A stretch of 64,000 nt of DNA from an uncultured virus (IMG/VR IMGVR_UViG_3300028888_000089) (lineage: Duplodnaviria; Heunggongvirae; Uroviricota; Caudoviricetes): IMG/VR virus record IMGVR_UViG_3300028888_000089; one strand, written 5' to 3'. Both the position numbers and the translations under genes were made by a program. This document shows, one piece after another, positions 10,522 to 21,656 of this stretch (the first letter of the stretch is position 1; each line of letters begins with the position of its first letter). The notes under the pieces are model-generated. The model was not told the DNA's origin, made no database searches, and saw only the letters and a program-made list of their open reading frames with translations.

Positions 10522-10793
10522 GGTCACAAGGTCACAAAATTTTTCTACTTTAACCTTTATATAAAAAAAATTTTAGTCGACATATTAACTAAAAAAAAGT
10601 GTGACTTTGTGACCTTTTCCCTCTAGCCCTTATAAATCAAGGCTTCCAGCGGTCACAAAAAGGTCACAAAATGCCCTCGGTCACAAAAAAAAACTGTGAC
10701 CAGGCCCATTTTTGCACTTTTTGAGCACGTCCGTAATCTGCATCACACGAAAAAACCCTTAAAATGTGACCTTTTTGTGACCTTTTTGTGACC
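10522..10793. repeat. Iteron-like GGTCACA repeats; probable replication origin
   Basis: GGTCACA at 10522, 10530, 10651, 10662, 10679; TGTGAC(C/T) at 10600, 10608, 10695, 10765, 10776, 10787; AT-rich spacer; non-coding gap upstream of the replicase. Confidence 0.75.
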
Positions 10794-10965
10794 ACAAAAA
10801 TATCAATTTTCAGACTCCTTTTCATCAATCTCTATAGAGACAAATTTATAGAAATTTGAGCAACAATTTATCTCACCAAGTAGATCGCCAGCGATGAAAT
10901 CATCAGTTTGAGTAAATGGATCTCCATTGTCATCTAATTCGAGCACTAATGTTATTTGCTTCATA

Positions 10966-11277
10966 TTATGCTCCTTCTAAGCCCCACTTTTCCTTTTCTA
11001 TTTCTAATTCTTTAGCCCTTGCTTTTTCATAAATTTCTTTTGCATTATCCACATCCTTAGAAGCTTCAATAGCCCATCCTAAATATACCTGAGCCTTCTC
11101 TAAGTCTTCAGTTCCACCTTTATGATGCCATCTTGAAATATACTTCAAGCTGTTTCCAAGGCAATAGCCAATAAATTCCTCAGATGTAAGCTTATCTCGA
11201 ATATATGTAATCACTTCAATTTCGCCAGCAGTGTAATGCGAAGGATGATTTACATTATCTTTAATAGTTTCACTCAT
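10966..11277 (-). CDS. DUF3310 (T7 gp1.7-like nucleotide kinase) protein
   Basis: DNVNHPSHY, GNSLKYISR and KGGTEDLEKA..YL motifs. Confidence 0.85.
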   Translation of the reverse strand: MSETIKDNVNHPSHYTAGEIEVITYIRDKLTSEEFIGYCLGNSLKYISRWHHKGGTEDLEKAQVYLGWAIEASKDVDNAKEIYEKARAKELEIEKEKWGLEGA

Positions 11278-11292
11278 TTTTATAGGCCCTTT

Positions 11293-11793
11293 CTAAATAT
11301 GCATTTTATCTCTAATAGATTGTCTTAATCCACGCCAATATCTAAACCATTTGAATTTAAATATTGAGATTTCTTCAATATCAAAGTCGCTTTTACATTC
11401 TGGGCACTTAATGCCATGACGCTGTGTGATTTTTTTGTACTCGTCATGATCAGATATATGTGCCGTAAACATAGTGTTACAATTATGACATTCAAGAGCT
11501 ATAATAGAATCATCATGGTCCTGTCTTTCTGAAGAAGGAACAACTTCACAAATAAAATCTGGATCATCAGAGACTTTAGAAGCCATCATTTGATCAGCCC
11601 AACTAGGAATATATATTGTTTTTCTAGATTTATCATAAGGTACGCAACGTTTAATATTGTCATGCTTTTTTGAAGATATCTGCTCTACATTATAGCCTAA
11701 TTGTTTTACGGCTTTTTCTAATGTACAATGAACATCTCTTTCTATAGTTTCTACTTTACATCGATTTGACTGCTTCATCTTCATCCCTTCCAA
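11293..11793 (-). CDS. Hypothetical protein with zinc ribbon
   Basis: CHNC...CPEC. Confidence 0.6.
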   Translation of the reverse strand: MEGMKMKQSNRCKVETIERDVHCTLEKAVKQLGYNVEQISSKKHDNIKRCVPYDKSRKTIYIPSWADQMMASKVSDDPDFICEVVPSSERQDHDDSIIALECHNCNTMFTAHISDHDEYKKITQRHGIKCPECKSDFDIEEISIFKFKWFRYWRGLRQSIRDKMHI

Positions 11794-11819
11794 AGCAAAA
11801 ATATAAATACATGCCTCAC

Positions 11820-12380
11820 TTAGATCTCTAAGTTAATCTCGCAATTTTCAGAAAGCCAAGCTTGCATTTGATACCATACTTCTACTTGTCTTTGGTCCTC
11901 TTTAGGATTGCTTAATGGAAACATTCCACCATTCCCATTATAGTCAAAATCCCTATTTTGAATTCTCCAAACAGCGTCGCCTACAAAGAAGTCGCCATTT
12001 AAATATTCATACTTATCGTTATTCAATTTTAATAGATTTAAGTTTCCAATTATTCGCCAAAAATAATATGCAGTGTGATGTTGACTAGCATTACCGCACA
12101 TTAAAAAGCTCATTCGTCTAGCAACTGCAATTAAAAATTCAAGCATTGTACAAGCGCCACGATTTGTTGCAGAACCATAAGCACCATGCTTTTGCATAAA
12201 CTCAACACGCAATTGCATGCCGTCCATTCCTCGGTTTTTGTCGGCAGGGAGCTTAGCTCGGAACTCTATCCCATGTAAAGCCCGAGCCAGCATCCCATAG
12301 TTTCGCCCACTGGTCCTATCATTTATTCCAATAAGAATGCACAGCCAATTAAAATACGGATCATCCATATTGCCGCGCAT
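11820..12380 (-). CDS. Hypothetical phage protein
   Basis: 186 aa ORF in a tightly packed operon. Confidence 0.7.
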   Translation of the reverse strand: MRGNMDDPYFNWLCILIGINDRTSGRNYGMLARALHGIEFRAKLPADKNRGMDGMQLRVEFMQKHGAYGSATNRGACTMLEFLIAVARRMSFLMCGNASQHHTAYYFWRIIGNLNLLKLNNDKYEYLNGDFFVGDAVWRIQNRDFDYNGNGGMFPLSNPKEDQRQVEVWYQMQAWLSENCEINLEI

Positions 12381-12388
12381 ATTTTATC

Positions 12389-13201
12389 TTACAACCTCCC
12401 TCCCATATATTCTTGAAGGGTCATGTGGTGCCGAACAATTTCATAATCCGAACCATAAGATTCGTTTCTTATAAAACGAACATCTGGTTCGCCATCTGTT
12501 TCCTCTTTAAATAACTTAACGAGATCAACGTCCCCAACATATGTTTCAATGCTGGCTATAATGTCGCCACGATCATCAACAAATGTTCCGATTCCAGTAT
12601 CATTCGGACCTTTTTCATACCAGTCTAATGAAATCTTATCGTATTCAGGACGTTCATTATAAAATTCATTTAAACTGATAGCATGAGGAGGCTCTACTTG
12701 TCCTGGCTCGACTTCCTCCTGCTCTATTACTTCTAGAAATTGCTCATCAAATCCTTCTTCTACATCAGAAGGAGAATCCGTGTATTCCTCTTCTTCAGAA
12801 TGCTGTTGAACAGGTAAATTATCAGCATTCTCTTCATTAGAATAATCTTTTACTGCTCCCCAGATTTTAGCATACTTTTCTTTTTCTGCCTGGTCAGCCT
12901 TTAAATAACTAACCTTTCCTTGAAGAGCCCTCTTTAATTCATCTGGATCCTTTGGAAGCTCTTCTACAGAATTGACTCTGGCTAATGAAGAAGCCTCCGC
13001 CTCAGTCATCTCATAAGTGTAAGTGGCTTTTTTCTTAGTAGCTGTATTATCGTTTACATTAGCCTCAATCTTAGCCATCTCTTCTTCAGAAATTTCTTCA
13101 AACTCGACATCATTCAACTTTTTGTGAAAAAAGAAGCCGGTCGCAAAACCGGCTCCAAATCCACTAAGAACACCAAGACCTATCTTGATCCATAACTTCA
13201 T
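12389..13201 (-). CDS. Hypothetical protein with N-terminal membrane anchor and acidic region
   Basis: Hydrophobic Gly-rich N-terminus; start overlaps the upstream stop. Confidence 0.7.
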   Translation of the reverse strand: MKLWIKIGLGVLSGFGAGFATGFFFHKKLNDVEFEEISEEEMAKIEANVNDNTATKKKATYTYEMTEAEASSLARVNSVEELPKDPDELKRALQGKVSYLKADQAEKEKYAKIWGAVKDYSNEENADNLPVQQHSEEEEYTDSPSDVEEGFDEQFLEVIEQEEVEPGQVEPPHAISLNEFYNERPEYDKISLDWYEKGPNDTGIGTFVDDRGDIIASIETYVGDVDLVKLFKEETDGEPDVRFIRNESYGSDYEIVRHHMTLQEYMGGRL

Positions 13202-13689
13202 GAAATATCATCTCCTTCCAATTCAGGAGATGTTTCCTCCGCGACAGAGGTATTTTCATTGTTTTCAGAACTAGCGTTAAATTCTACTCGCCATCGAGGA
13301 TCTTCTTCTTCTAATTCTTCCTCTTCTTCCGTTTCTTCGGAAATATCTCTCTCAGATGCCTCTGTTTGCCCTTCTAAGGGGTCATTTTCGCGTTTTTGGG
13401 TATCAAAAAGGGAGTCTATCGCTTTTGCAACAGCCTGGCCTACACAGGCCCCTAACGTCGTAGAATCGCTATTCTTTTTTATCTCATTTACCTCACTATT
13501 ATCTTGTGCAGGCCTAATTTCATATCCAGGAGGAATAACCGCCTCTTTACTAGATTTATAATATGCGTTCCATTTCACAGCATCGGTGATATGCCTCACG
13601 GAACTACGAAATGCGTTGATAGCCTTACCAATAATCAGATAAGCTCCAATACCAGTAAGAATAATTCCACCTTTTTTAAATCCTGTCAT
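13198..13689 (-). CDS. Hypothetical membrane-anchored acidic protein
   Basis: 163 aa ORF in operon. Confidence 0.65.
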   Translation of the reverse strand: MTGFKKGGIILTGIGAYLIIGKAINAFRSSVRHITDAVKWNAYYKSSKEAVIPPGYEIRPAQDNSEVNEIKKNSDSTTLGACVGQAVAKAIDSLFDTQKRENDPLEGQTEASERDISEETEEEEELEEEDPRWRVEFNASSENNENTSVAEETSPELEGDDIS

Positions 13690-14700
13690 TTATTTAACCT
13701 TCTTTCCGTCTTTTGTATATCTGGGAGAATGGTACAAATTGCCATCACAATTGAAGTTCAGCCAAACAAAGTTCTCACCAGAAGTTAAAGCAGGCTTATT
13801 AATTGCCCGCATAATACCAAAATCAATATAGTTATCGCCATCGCCATTCGGACGCCATCCGGCAAGCATGACATAATCCTTCCTGGGATCGTCCGTATCA
13901 AATTCAATCCCAAGTTCATTTAAAACCATATATAATGTGACAGGCTTCTGCGTGCCTTTCATCCACATATTCCAATATTCCTGCTGACTCTTTAAATAAC
14001 TAATTGTATTGATTGCATCTCGCGGACACCTCGAGCTTGTGTCTGGGCAGAATACAAATGAATACATACTGCATGCCTTATCTGAATCGATAATAGGCAC
14101 TTTACAATTTATTGTCTTTTCATTACCCTGATCGTCCGTAACCGTGACCTTGGCTTTAGATTCTCCAACAATACCGTAGCGATATCTTTTATCGCACTCT
14201 TCGCCGTGCTCAGCAATATTCATCTGACGATATCGTTCAAATGTTTGCTGTAATGTGGCAAATGCTGTAGATAGCTGACCAAACCTTCTCAGCAATACTA
14301 CATGGCCACCTATGCTCAATGCCATGCCACCCATAAATAAGATACACGGGATACCCATAAGCTTGAACATAGCCCAAGCAGTTTCACCACGAACTTTCCA
14401 GATATCCTTGTCACACTTTACAATGATCGCTTTCTGTTCTTCTTCAGAAACATCATTATCCGTGCTATTTAATGCATTATCCTTTTCAGAATTGATGGCA
14501 TCCATTTTTGCTTCTTCGACAGCCATTGTGTCGTGGATCTTTGTTGCCGCAACAATACCCCATACGAAGCCAATTGTGGCCACAGTGACTCCGCCATATA
14601 ACATGATCTGAGGTTTGTTCTTAGACAGCTTCATTGATGCTTTTCCTAAGAATTTCATAAATGTCTTAGGGAGCTTATTGACAATTGCCAACGCGTTCAT
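13690..14700 (-). CDS. DUF6353-like phage membrane protein (paralog 1)
   Basis: Two hydrophobic segments and a C-terminal LxxVLxxLG..GW...IDF pattern shared with 29038-29850 and 40417-41181. Confidence 0.6.
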   Translation of the reverse strand: MNALAIVNKLPKTFMKFLGKASMKLSKNKPQIMLYGGVTVATIGFVWGIVAATKIHDTMAVEEAKMDAINSEKDNALNSTDNDVSEEEQKAIIVKCDKDIWKVRGETAWAMFKLMGIPCILFMGGMALSIGGHVVLLRRFGQLSTAFATLQQTFERYRQMNIAEHGEECDKRYRYGIVGESKAKVTVTDDQGNEKTINCKVPIIDSDKACSMYSFVFCPDTSSRCPRDAINTISYLKSQQEYWNMWMKGTQKPVTLYMVLNELGIEFDTDDPRKDYVMLAGWRPNGDGDNYIDFGIMRAINKPALTSGENFVWLNFNCDGNLYHSPRYTKDGKKVK

Positions 14701-14828
14701 TAAATATCATTCCTCCCTATCGGATTGTTTGTCTTTTTGGCGCCTTTTCTTAAACCATTTATTGTATTGTTTTGAAATTTTCTTTTTACCTTTGTCTCGA
14801 GACTTATTAGAATTCATAAAATATCACC

Positions 14829-15500
14829 TTAAGTGATAACATGTGCCTGCGGAAGATCAATCATCCACGGCCATTCACTACTATTAATATGTGTAATAAT
14901 CTTGGAAGCATCCCAAGAAGCAATTTCTTCTCTGTTCCAACCATATGCATCCCATGTATAATCAATATGCTTAGACATCATCATATACATAGTATGGACA
15001 CTCAATGTTGGATAATCATAAGCTTTCAGTTTGTTATTCAAAAATCTTTCAGCTTCAATTCTAGTCTTGAAGCAGGGATTAACAAATCCATTACTTAAGT
15101 CCATTCCATTGTTGTTTGTCGCTGGCTGCTGTTGCGGCTTAGAATTCTGTTGAACTTTATAAATATTATTATACACGAGCCCGTTGTTGGGAGAGCTCTG
15201 ATTGGATGGCTTACTGCTGTTATAAATAAACATATCTAAACTACTAACTAAGCCATTTCTAAAATTATCCTTAATGCCAGGAACAATATTGTTTTCAAGA
15301 ACATCCATCGCGATTTCGCTTGGCTTCCTATCGCTTAAAAACATCTTCCGGATCCAAGCCCAAAATCTGCTTTTCTTTCTTTTTGCTCCACCGACTTCGC
15401 CATCAAATGGAACAATTTCTGGCTTTCCGGCTTCCTGAGGTTGAGTTTTTGCCGTATGACTATTGCTAGGAATATCTTCATTTCTTGGCATCTGGCTCAT
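14829..15500 (-). CDS. Hypothetical phage protein
   Basis: 223 aa ORF with RBS. Confidence 0.7.
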   Translation of the reverse strand: MSQMPRNEDIPSNSHTAKTQPQEAGKPEIVPFDGEVGGAKRKKSRFWAWIRKMFLSDRKPSEIAMDVLENNIVPGIKDNFRNGLVSSLDMFIYNSSKPSNQSSPNNGLVYNNIYKVQQNSKPQQQPATNNNGMDLSNGFVNPCFKTRIEAERFLNNKLKAYDYPTLSVHTMYMMMSKHIDYTWDAYGWNREEIASWDASKIITHINSSEWPWMIDLPQAHVIT

Positions 15501-15780
15501 TGTTAATCTCCTCCTTTGACTCGTTAAATGTCTTAACTAATTGATCAACTATATCGTTAAAATATGCCTCTGCAACATCTCCAGCTTTGCATCCAAGAAC
15601 AAATATTCCAAGTCTCATCATGAGCTTCGTAATTCCTTTGGCACTCTGAATCGGATTCCTTAATGCGGCTACAATCGCAGCCATGGCTCCACAAGAAATA
15701 ATAGTACCCATTAAAAACTTTGCAGTATTGATCGGAGTAATCTTACTTTTTATTTCTGCCAATTCCTTTTCAATATCCAT
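15478..15780 (-). CDS. Hypothetical membrane protein
   Basis: 100 aa ORF with RBS. Confidence 0.6.
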   Translation of the reverse strand: MDIEKELAEIKSKITPINTAKFLMGTIISCGAMAAIVAALRNPIQSAKGITKLMMRLGIFVLGCKAGDVAEAYFNDIVDQLVKTFNESKEEINNEPDAKK

Positions 15781-16562
15781 TTATTCGTCCTCCTTCCTGT
15801 TTATGTAATTATTTATAGTTATGTGGCTAGGCATAGTTTCATTACTACTTGAGTTATTAATTTTTCTTGTGCCCTCAATAAATAAACAAATGAGGACCCC
15901 AACTTTTAGAAGTTTGGAATACAAATCCATTTTGTTATCTAAGGTCTTCTCGACCTTATCTTTTATTGGAACAATTTGAGTTTTAACTGAATGGCCCATT
16001 TTTTCCGTGATCTTATTAATCAGATTATCGAACACGGTAAAATATCTCCTTTCTGTAAAATCGACTGGCAAAAAAGAAGAGAACAAGCTCCATAAAACTT
16101 GTTCTCATCTTTTATGGAAACTACTGCGCAGTCAAATAGTCATTTACTCAGCAGGAGATTCACTCTCTGCTTCAGTGTTGTCATTGTCACGGTTCCTCAT
16201 GATCAGTGCAGTCAGGCTGCCGCCAATGGTTAAACCGCTGAGAAAAGTGATAATTCCTTTGATCCACTTCTTCAGCGGTCCCTCGTTTTCCGGCACAACC
16301 GTGTGCTTCGTTTCTTCCACAACTTCCTTGACTTCTTCCATCGCTTCAGACATTGTTTTTTCCTCCTTTAAAATAAATTTACAGTTTAACAAATACTGTA
16401 GTTTCCATTATTCGAGATGTTTCTCACGCGTGTTAGGCTCCTGTGATCATTGCAAAAAATCCACCAATTACAGTTTCAATGATTGCTATAACAACAATCA
16501 TCGCTATGACTATTCCTATAATAATTAATAATTCTTTAAAAATATCTCCCAACACGGCGTAA

Positions 16563-16829
16563 TCACTTCCCTATCATCACGACATTCACATAAGATGTCC
16601 AATAAGGAATCCCATCGACAACAATTTGAACTTCATCGCTATCATTATAATCCCGCCATGATTCAACAGTAACCAATTTCCATTCTCCGCCAAGATTAAT
16701 CCATGCTCTCTTGGCCGTCTGATATGGGTCAATGCCCATAGATCGGTTACCACAGGAAGATAACAGGAACAAAGCAGCTAACATAATGACAACTAAAACG
16801 ATCACTTTTACAGTCTTTCTTTTAAACAT
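16563..16829 (-). CDS. Putative lipoprotein
   Basis: Basic N-terminus, hydrophobic stretch, lipobox LSSC. Confidence 0.65.
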   Translation of the reverse strand: MFKRKTVKVIVLVVIMLAALFLLSSCGNRSMGIDPYQTAKRAWINLGGEWKLVTVESWRDYNDSDEVQIVVDGIPYWTSYVNVVMIGK

Positions 16830-16843
16830 AGTTTGGTCCTCCT

Positions 16844-18046
16844 TTAATCATCACTTATTATGAATTTATTGCCTTCTGGTCTATATGACCGCCATTCGCT
16901 AACAAACATCCTTGATGGTCCTGAAGATACGTATTTGAAATTAAGATTTGTCCTCATAATATCAAGAAATAGCTCGGTATTATCCGTATGCGTTATAGCG
17001 ATGCTTCCCTCGATATTACATGGAACAGTTAAACAAAACTCTCCGATTTTAGAAAAATCGTGATCTATTCTTTTAACTAAATCGTCCGTATCCAGTTTCC
17101 CATATCGGAGCCTTCCTTGCCACTCGTTTTCTTTGTTTGTTAAATCGATCTTTTCTCCGATTTCTTCACGAGTGCATTCATTAGGAAGTATTCCGGCACC
17201 ATGCCTTGTTAAATATGTGCGGCTTACATAACATACCTCTATTGACTCATTGTCCTTATTAGAGAAATGCTTGGCTATGTTTTGAATTCCTGTATTAGAA
17301 GGCGTCAGATGCGGAAAATATTCAATATTGTTCTGATCAAGCATAAGACCTTGAGCACCTTCGAATACAACATTATCGTAAATATCATAGATCCCCTCAT
17401 CCGCTATAGACACATGATCAGTAAAGAACTTTAAATCCTGATCAAAATGGGCCTTAATGTTCTGGTTACTGAGAAGTGTTAATTCCTTATCCGATAGTCC
17501 CAATCCAAATATCTTTTCAATTCGCTCAGAACTATAATAGCCAAGATCGATTTGATACCGCGGAAAAGCATACTTAAAATCTTTAATGTATAAAGGTTTG
17601 TCGGTTTGGTTTCTTAACAGAGTTTCATAAATGCCAACACCGCAACTGCCATGACGAGATTCTCCACGACGTTTTTCAATAAATTGGTTGATCATCATGT
17701 CCTGAGGCATCGTAAGTAAACATCTTGGATGTGCATAAACAAGCGGATAAATGCCTAACTTCTGAAGCTCTTCGTACTCCCTTCTAAAAAGAATCGGATT
17801 GACAATGAAATCCGGTCCTAGATAGGTGGCGACGTTAGGATTAAAGCTTCCAGCTCCAAAATGTCCAAATACGTGACTTTTCTTAAGATCTTTAGTGTAG
17901 ACTGTATGACCTGCTTGAGCTCCGCCATTAAAACGAACATTCAAAACAGGCTTGGTTTCTGGGAACTGCGAACAAAAATAATCGGTCATGAGTCCTTTTC
18001 CCTCATCACCGAAATTGGCACCGATTACAACTTTTATGTTTCGCAT
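16844..18046 (-). CDS. Divergent adenylosuccinate synthetase (PurA)-family protein
   Basis: GANFGDEGKG, RFNGGAQAGHT, SCGVGI, FEGAQG and YLTRHGAG motifs; aspartate-binding loop not canonical. Confidence 0.85.
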   Translation of the reverse strand: MRNIKVVIGANFGDEGKGLMTDYFCSQFPETKPVLNVRFNGGAQAGHTVYTKDLKKSHVFGHFGAGSFNPNVATYLGPDFIVNPILFRREYEELQKLGIYPLVYAHPRCLLTMPQDMMINQFIEKRRGESRHGSCGVGIYETLLRNQTDKPLYIKDFKYAFPRYQIDLGYYSSERIEKIFGLGLSDKELTLLSNQNIKAHFDQDLKFFTDHVSIADEGIYDIYDNVVFEGAQGLMLDQNNIEYFPHLTPSNTGIQNIAKHFSNKDNESIEVCYVSRTYLTRHGAGILPNECTREEIGEKIDLTNKENEWQGRLRYGKLDTDDLVKRIDHDFSKIGEFCLTVPCNIEGSIAITHTDNTELFLDIMRTNLNFKYVSSGPSRMFVSEWRSYRPEGNKFIISDD

Positions 18047-18677
18047 AGCCTCCGCTCCTTAATTATCTAGACACTGGCGAAAATGTTGTGGAATCTAAAA
18101 ACTGTTTAAACTCCTCAAGCAATATGCTAATATCCATTGCATCGCCATCACTTATCAGCACATTTGGTAAACCGTCGGAATAGGCTGTTCTTCTGGCCTC
18201 GTTTAATTTTTTTATAGAATCCACAAGGCCATTTGACATCTTAACAATTTCCTCACCTGTAAATTTAAGCGCGTTCATAATAATGTCCCTCTTCTATATG
18301 ATTCGTTTAGGATTTTTACAGCACACAATGTCCCCATCTTCATTTGTATAATCTGACACACACATCATTCCATCCATAATGCTAAATTCCCCATATTTGC
18401 AATAAACACAATCTTCAGGCAACTTGAAGCAAGAGAAATATTGGTAAATATCATCATTAGAAATGTAATGAATGTCGATTCCATAAGAGCATCCTCTGAC
18501 AAACCCTTCTAAACGATAGCCATATTGATTAACTTTTTTAGCAGTAAATGCCATTCCATGACTCATCTTTAACGATGTTTCACGGTCCACTATTCTATCC
18601 GGTAATCCGTTTTTATGCCAAGCATAAATGGCTATAAACTCGGATTTCTTATTCTTTGACATTTTTCTCACCTCCAA

Positions 18678-19082
18678 TCACACAGGATAAATATCTTCAG
18701 GCGGAGAACCATAGCCTTCCCTTACAGTGACTGTGATGTTACCACAAGGATCGTGACCAACATACATATAGGTCTTCCAAGGAAAATTAAATTCCTTAAT
18801 TCCGGCTTTAATGGCTGCATCCGCTAAAATCTTATCCGGATGATAGTCGCATCCAATGCAGTCTACGTCTACGAAATTTTTTCTAGATACGATCTCCTCA
18901 GTGAGAGCATCTATAAATATCTTTTTTGCCTCGTCCGTAACCTGTGTAACCATAGAATCTGCAAGCACCCCTGCAAAACTACTCGGAAATGACTTATCGC
19001 CATTGTCATGAACGACTTTACCAGACACTTTTTCTCCCCACCATTTGGCCATAACTTCCGCTACTTCTCTAGGAATCATCAT
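18678..19082 (-). CDS. Hypothetical phage protein
   Basis: 134 aa ORF with RBS; CDYHPD..L..A motif. Confidence 0.65.
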   Translation of the reverse strand: MMIPREVAEVMAKWWGEKVSGKVVHDNGDKSFPSSFAGVLADSMVTQVTDEAKKIFIDALTEEIVSRKNFVDVDCIGCDYHPDKILADAAIKAGIKEFNFPWKTYMYVGHDPCGNITVTVREGYGSPPEDIYPV

Positions 19083-19989
19083 TGGTCCTTCCTCCTTTTA
19101 ATTACCAAGTTCCTCTTGCAATGTCATCCGTTATTTCTTCCAAGAAATTATCTTTTTGATTTACAACAATTTTTATCGAAGCTCTAAAAAGCTTTGCCTG
19201 GTTTCTATAATCTTTCTTTTTAAATACTATAACTTCCCTGGCCAACAAATCATTAGCTATAGCTCTAGCTAAATCGTGCTTTACTAAATTTGTGCTTGTC
19301 TCTTCGCCCATTAATTCAATCTCATAATTAGGCACCATTCTGCAAACTGTGAATACATCAAAATTAGGAACATTTTTAATATACGAGAAAGCCTCAAGTA
19401 AAAGCTTTTTAGTATCTTTATTAGTTTCAAGGCGATACCGTGTTGAAAGCTTATACAGCAATTCGTTTTTATCCAATTTTACCGCCCCTTATTATGCTTC
19501 TCATAATATCTACCGAGCAAAGCTATCACATAGATGATTAAGAGAACAAAAATCAGTGCCGTTTTCATGTCTATCATCCTTTCACATAAATAATTCCTTT
19601 TGCCCCAGACTGCTTTAAAAAATCATTTAGTAACCGTTGGCCTGCTCTTTTCCATCTTGCTTTTCTATATGACTTTCGTGAGAAAAACCATTCAACATCT
19701 CCCCAGTCATATACTTTTATGGTCATCATGCTTGTGAGCTCCATTTAAGTATCTTCCTGCTTTTTCACATAAATTATAGAATCGCCATTTTTAAGCCAAA
19801 TCCGTATACCCATAGGAATTGATACATATTCCTTGCCTTCATATTCAATTATCTTTACCAAATCCTCGATATACATATCGCTTGCTGGTCTCCAGTCATC
19901 TTGAACAATATTATTGGTAGTGAATTGGTCGACAACGTAGTCATGAATCTCCTTATAAGTCATATAGTTCCACCTCCTTTAAATATAAA

Positions 19990-20062
19990 ACGGCCCTAGT
20001 AGGATTCGAACCTACTCTAGCGGAGTCAAAGTCCTCTGTGCTGCCTTTACACTATAGGGCTA
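19990..20062 (-). tRNA. tRNA-Gln(UUG)
   Basis: Cloverleaf; loop CUUUGAC; GGTTCGAATCC T-arm; stem mismatches; no encoded CCA. Confidence 0.8.
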
Positions 20063-21222
20063 AAGTAATTTCACCGCCTTTTCAACGTTGCTGGTCCACA
20101 TTTTTGATTTTCGAATTGATTATCTCAATAATCTGGCCTTGGCACGTCTCGAACCCCTCAACCCAACTCTTTAGTGTTTCCATATTCTCACACCAAGGAG
20201 GCTCAACAGCCATAGATAGCACTTCATTTCTGAACTTCTTTAATTCCTCTGTAGTCATCCCACTTCGCTCCCCATTATTCGTCAGTTTTGTGTCCTTTTC
20301 TGTGCGCTTCCGATAATCTTCTTCACAATCTTCACAAATATGTAGATCATAAAGGCAAAGCAGAGAAGTGTTTTCTTTGCCACATATTTCGCACCGTCCA
20401 TTCATTTCTGCTCGCCGTCCTTTTATTTGCCATTATTATGTGCAATGAATCCGCATAGTAAAATCGCCGTACCAATGAATATAAAATTCGAATCTGCTTT
20501 TTCCGCAAATGGTGCAAGCAAAATTATAGACAAAATCAATTTCAAAAATTCCATAGTCATTCACTTCACCTCCATGTGCAAGTCCAAGGCGACCATGAGT
20601 TCGTCGAGATTAAATATCGTGGCCAATTATACTCCAATGCTCTGATCCTCTCCTGGAGAATCTGCATTTCGAGATCGTGAATTTTCAGATCAATTCTTAT
20701 CTTTATCCTTTCTTCGTCTGTAGGTTCCGAATCCAGATGATAATATTTCTTTAATATTTCATTCTCCTCTGTGAGTTGTTTGATAGTTTCATGGCTCGAC
20801 TTCAAATCCGCAAGGTCTTTTGCCGTTTTTGCTTGATCATCAGCACGTTCTTTGAGAACTTTATAATATTCGTCCTCTTGTTTCTTAAGCTTTTGTTTCA
20901 GCTCATCGATCTCGTTTTTTAAAATCTTACTCGCTATCTTTTTTAATATCATTTATGCTCTCCTTTAAATCGTCATATTATTATGATTTGCATCCTTTAA
21001 AACGGTAAATGAGTGCAAGCATTTATTGCCTTTTCCAATTCATCTGCTCTTACAATAGCCGATATTTCGCCAATTGAAATTTTTACTTGATTGCTTAATG
21101 TTCCGTCATCTTCGATAATGACCCTTGGATTATCTAATGGACTTTTGTCCTGTTTAAAATTTAGCAATTCGCATTTCACTTCCATACTTCACCTTCTCAC
21201 TTATTTCGTCATTTAAAGAAAT

Positions 21223-21463
21223 ATAACTGGGTGAGGATTTTCACCTCACATAGGTATCTTTCATTCACGGCCTCTTGATTATGAGCAGGCGCGATATTAT
21301 TACCACCTCATAACCCGTACCCTTCGCCACATTGCGTCTACTGGATCATGATACAATTGCCCAAAATTATCGCTACTTTTGGTTTAATATTCATGTCCTC
21401 ACATATTGAGTAGCACTTCGTTACCCTATGTCTAAAATATGTGATTTATTCCGCCACCAGTCA
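21223..21463 (-). ncRNA. Enlarged tRNA-like RNA A
   Basis: Acceptor TGACTGG/CCAGTTA; TGGCGGAA...GTAGACGC D-arm split by a ~100 nt insert; T-arm GTGAGG-TGAAAAT-CCTCAC. Confidence 0.6.
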
Positions 21464-21468
21464 TAAAT

Positions 21469-21651
21469 ATTGCGGGGCAAGGATTTGAATTTCTGTCACC
21501 TTGCATGAACGCCCTTTTAAGTAACGCTTAAGATGTGACCCTTAATCATTACTCGCCGAGAGTCGGTATTAACCTTCACACCGAATTACGCTTATCTTCT
21601 GTCGTGGGGCATCTCTCTCCGGAATGCGTCTACCTTTTCCGCCACCCGCAA
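21469..21651 (-). ncRNA. Enlarged tRNA-like RNA B
   Basis: Acceptor TTGCGGG/CCCGCAA; intact Leu-type D-arm TGGCGGAAAAGGTAGACGC; ~115 nt in place of the anticodon/variable arms; T-arm GCAAGG/CCTTGC with an enlarged loop. Confidence 0.65.
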
Positions 21652-21656
21652 AAATA

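Noticed and set aside
16844..18046. PurZ / Z-genome (2-aminoadenine) pathway
   Set aside because: It retains the PurA Asp in GDEGKG (PurZ has Ser at this position), and no DatZ/MazZ-like genes were recognised
21223..21651. Group I intron-containing tRNAs or tmRNA
   Set aside because: Inserts are short with no recognisable P7 core; no Ala G3-U70 acceptor identity or tag ORF
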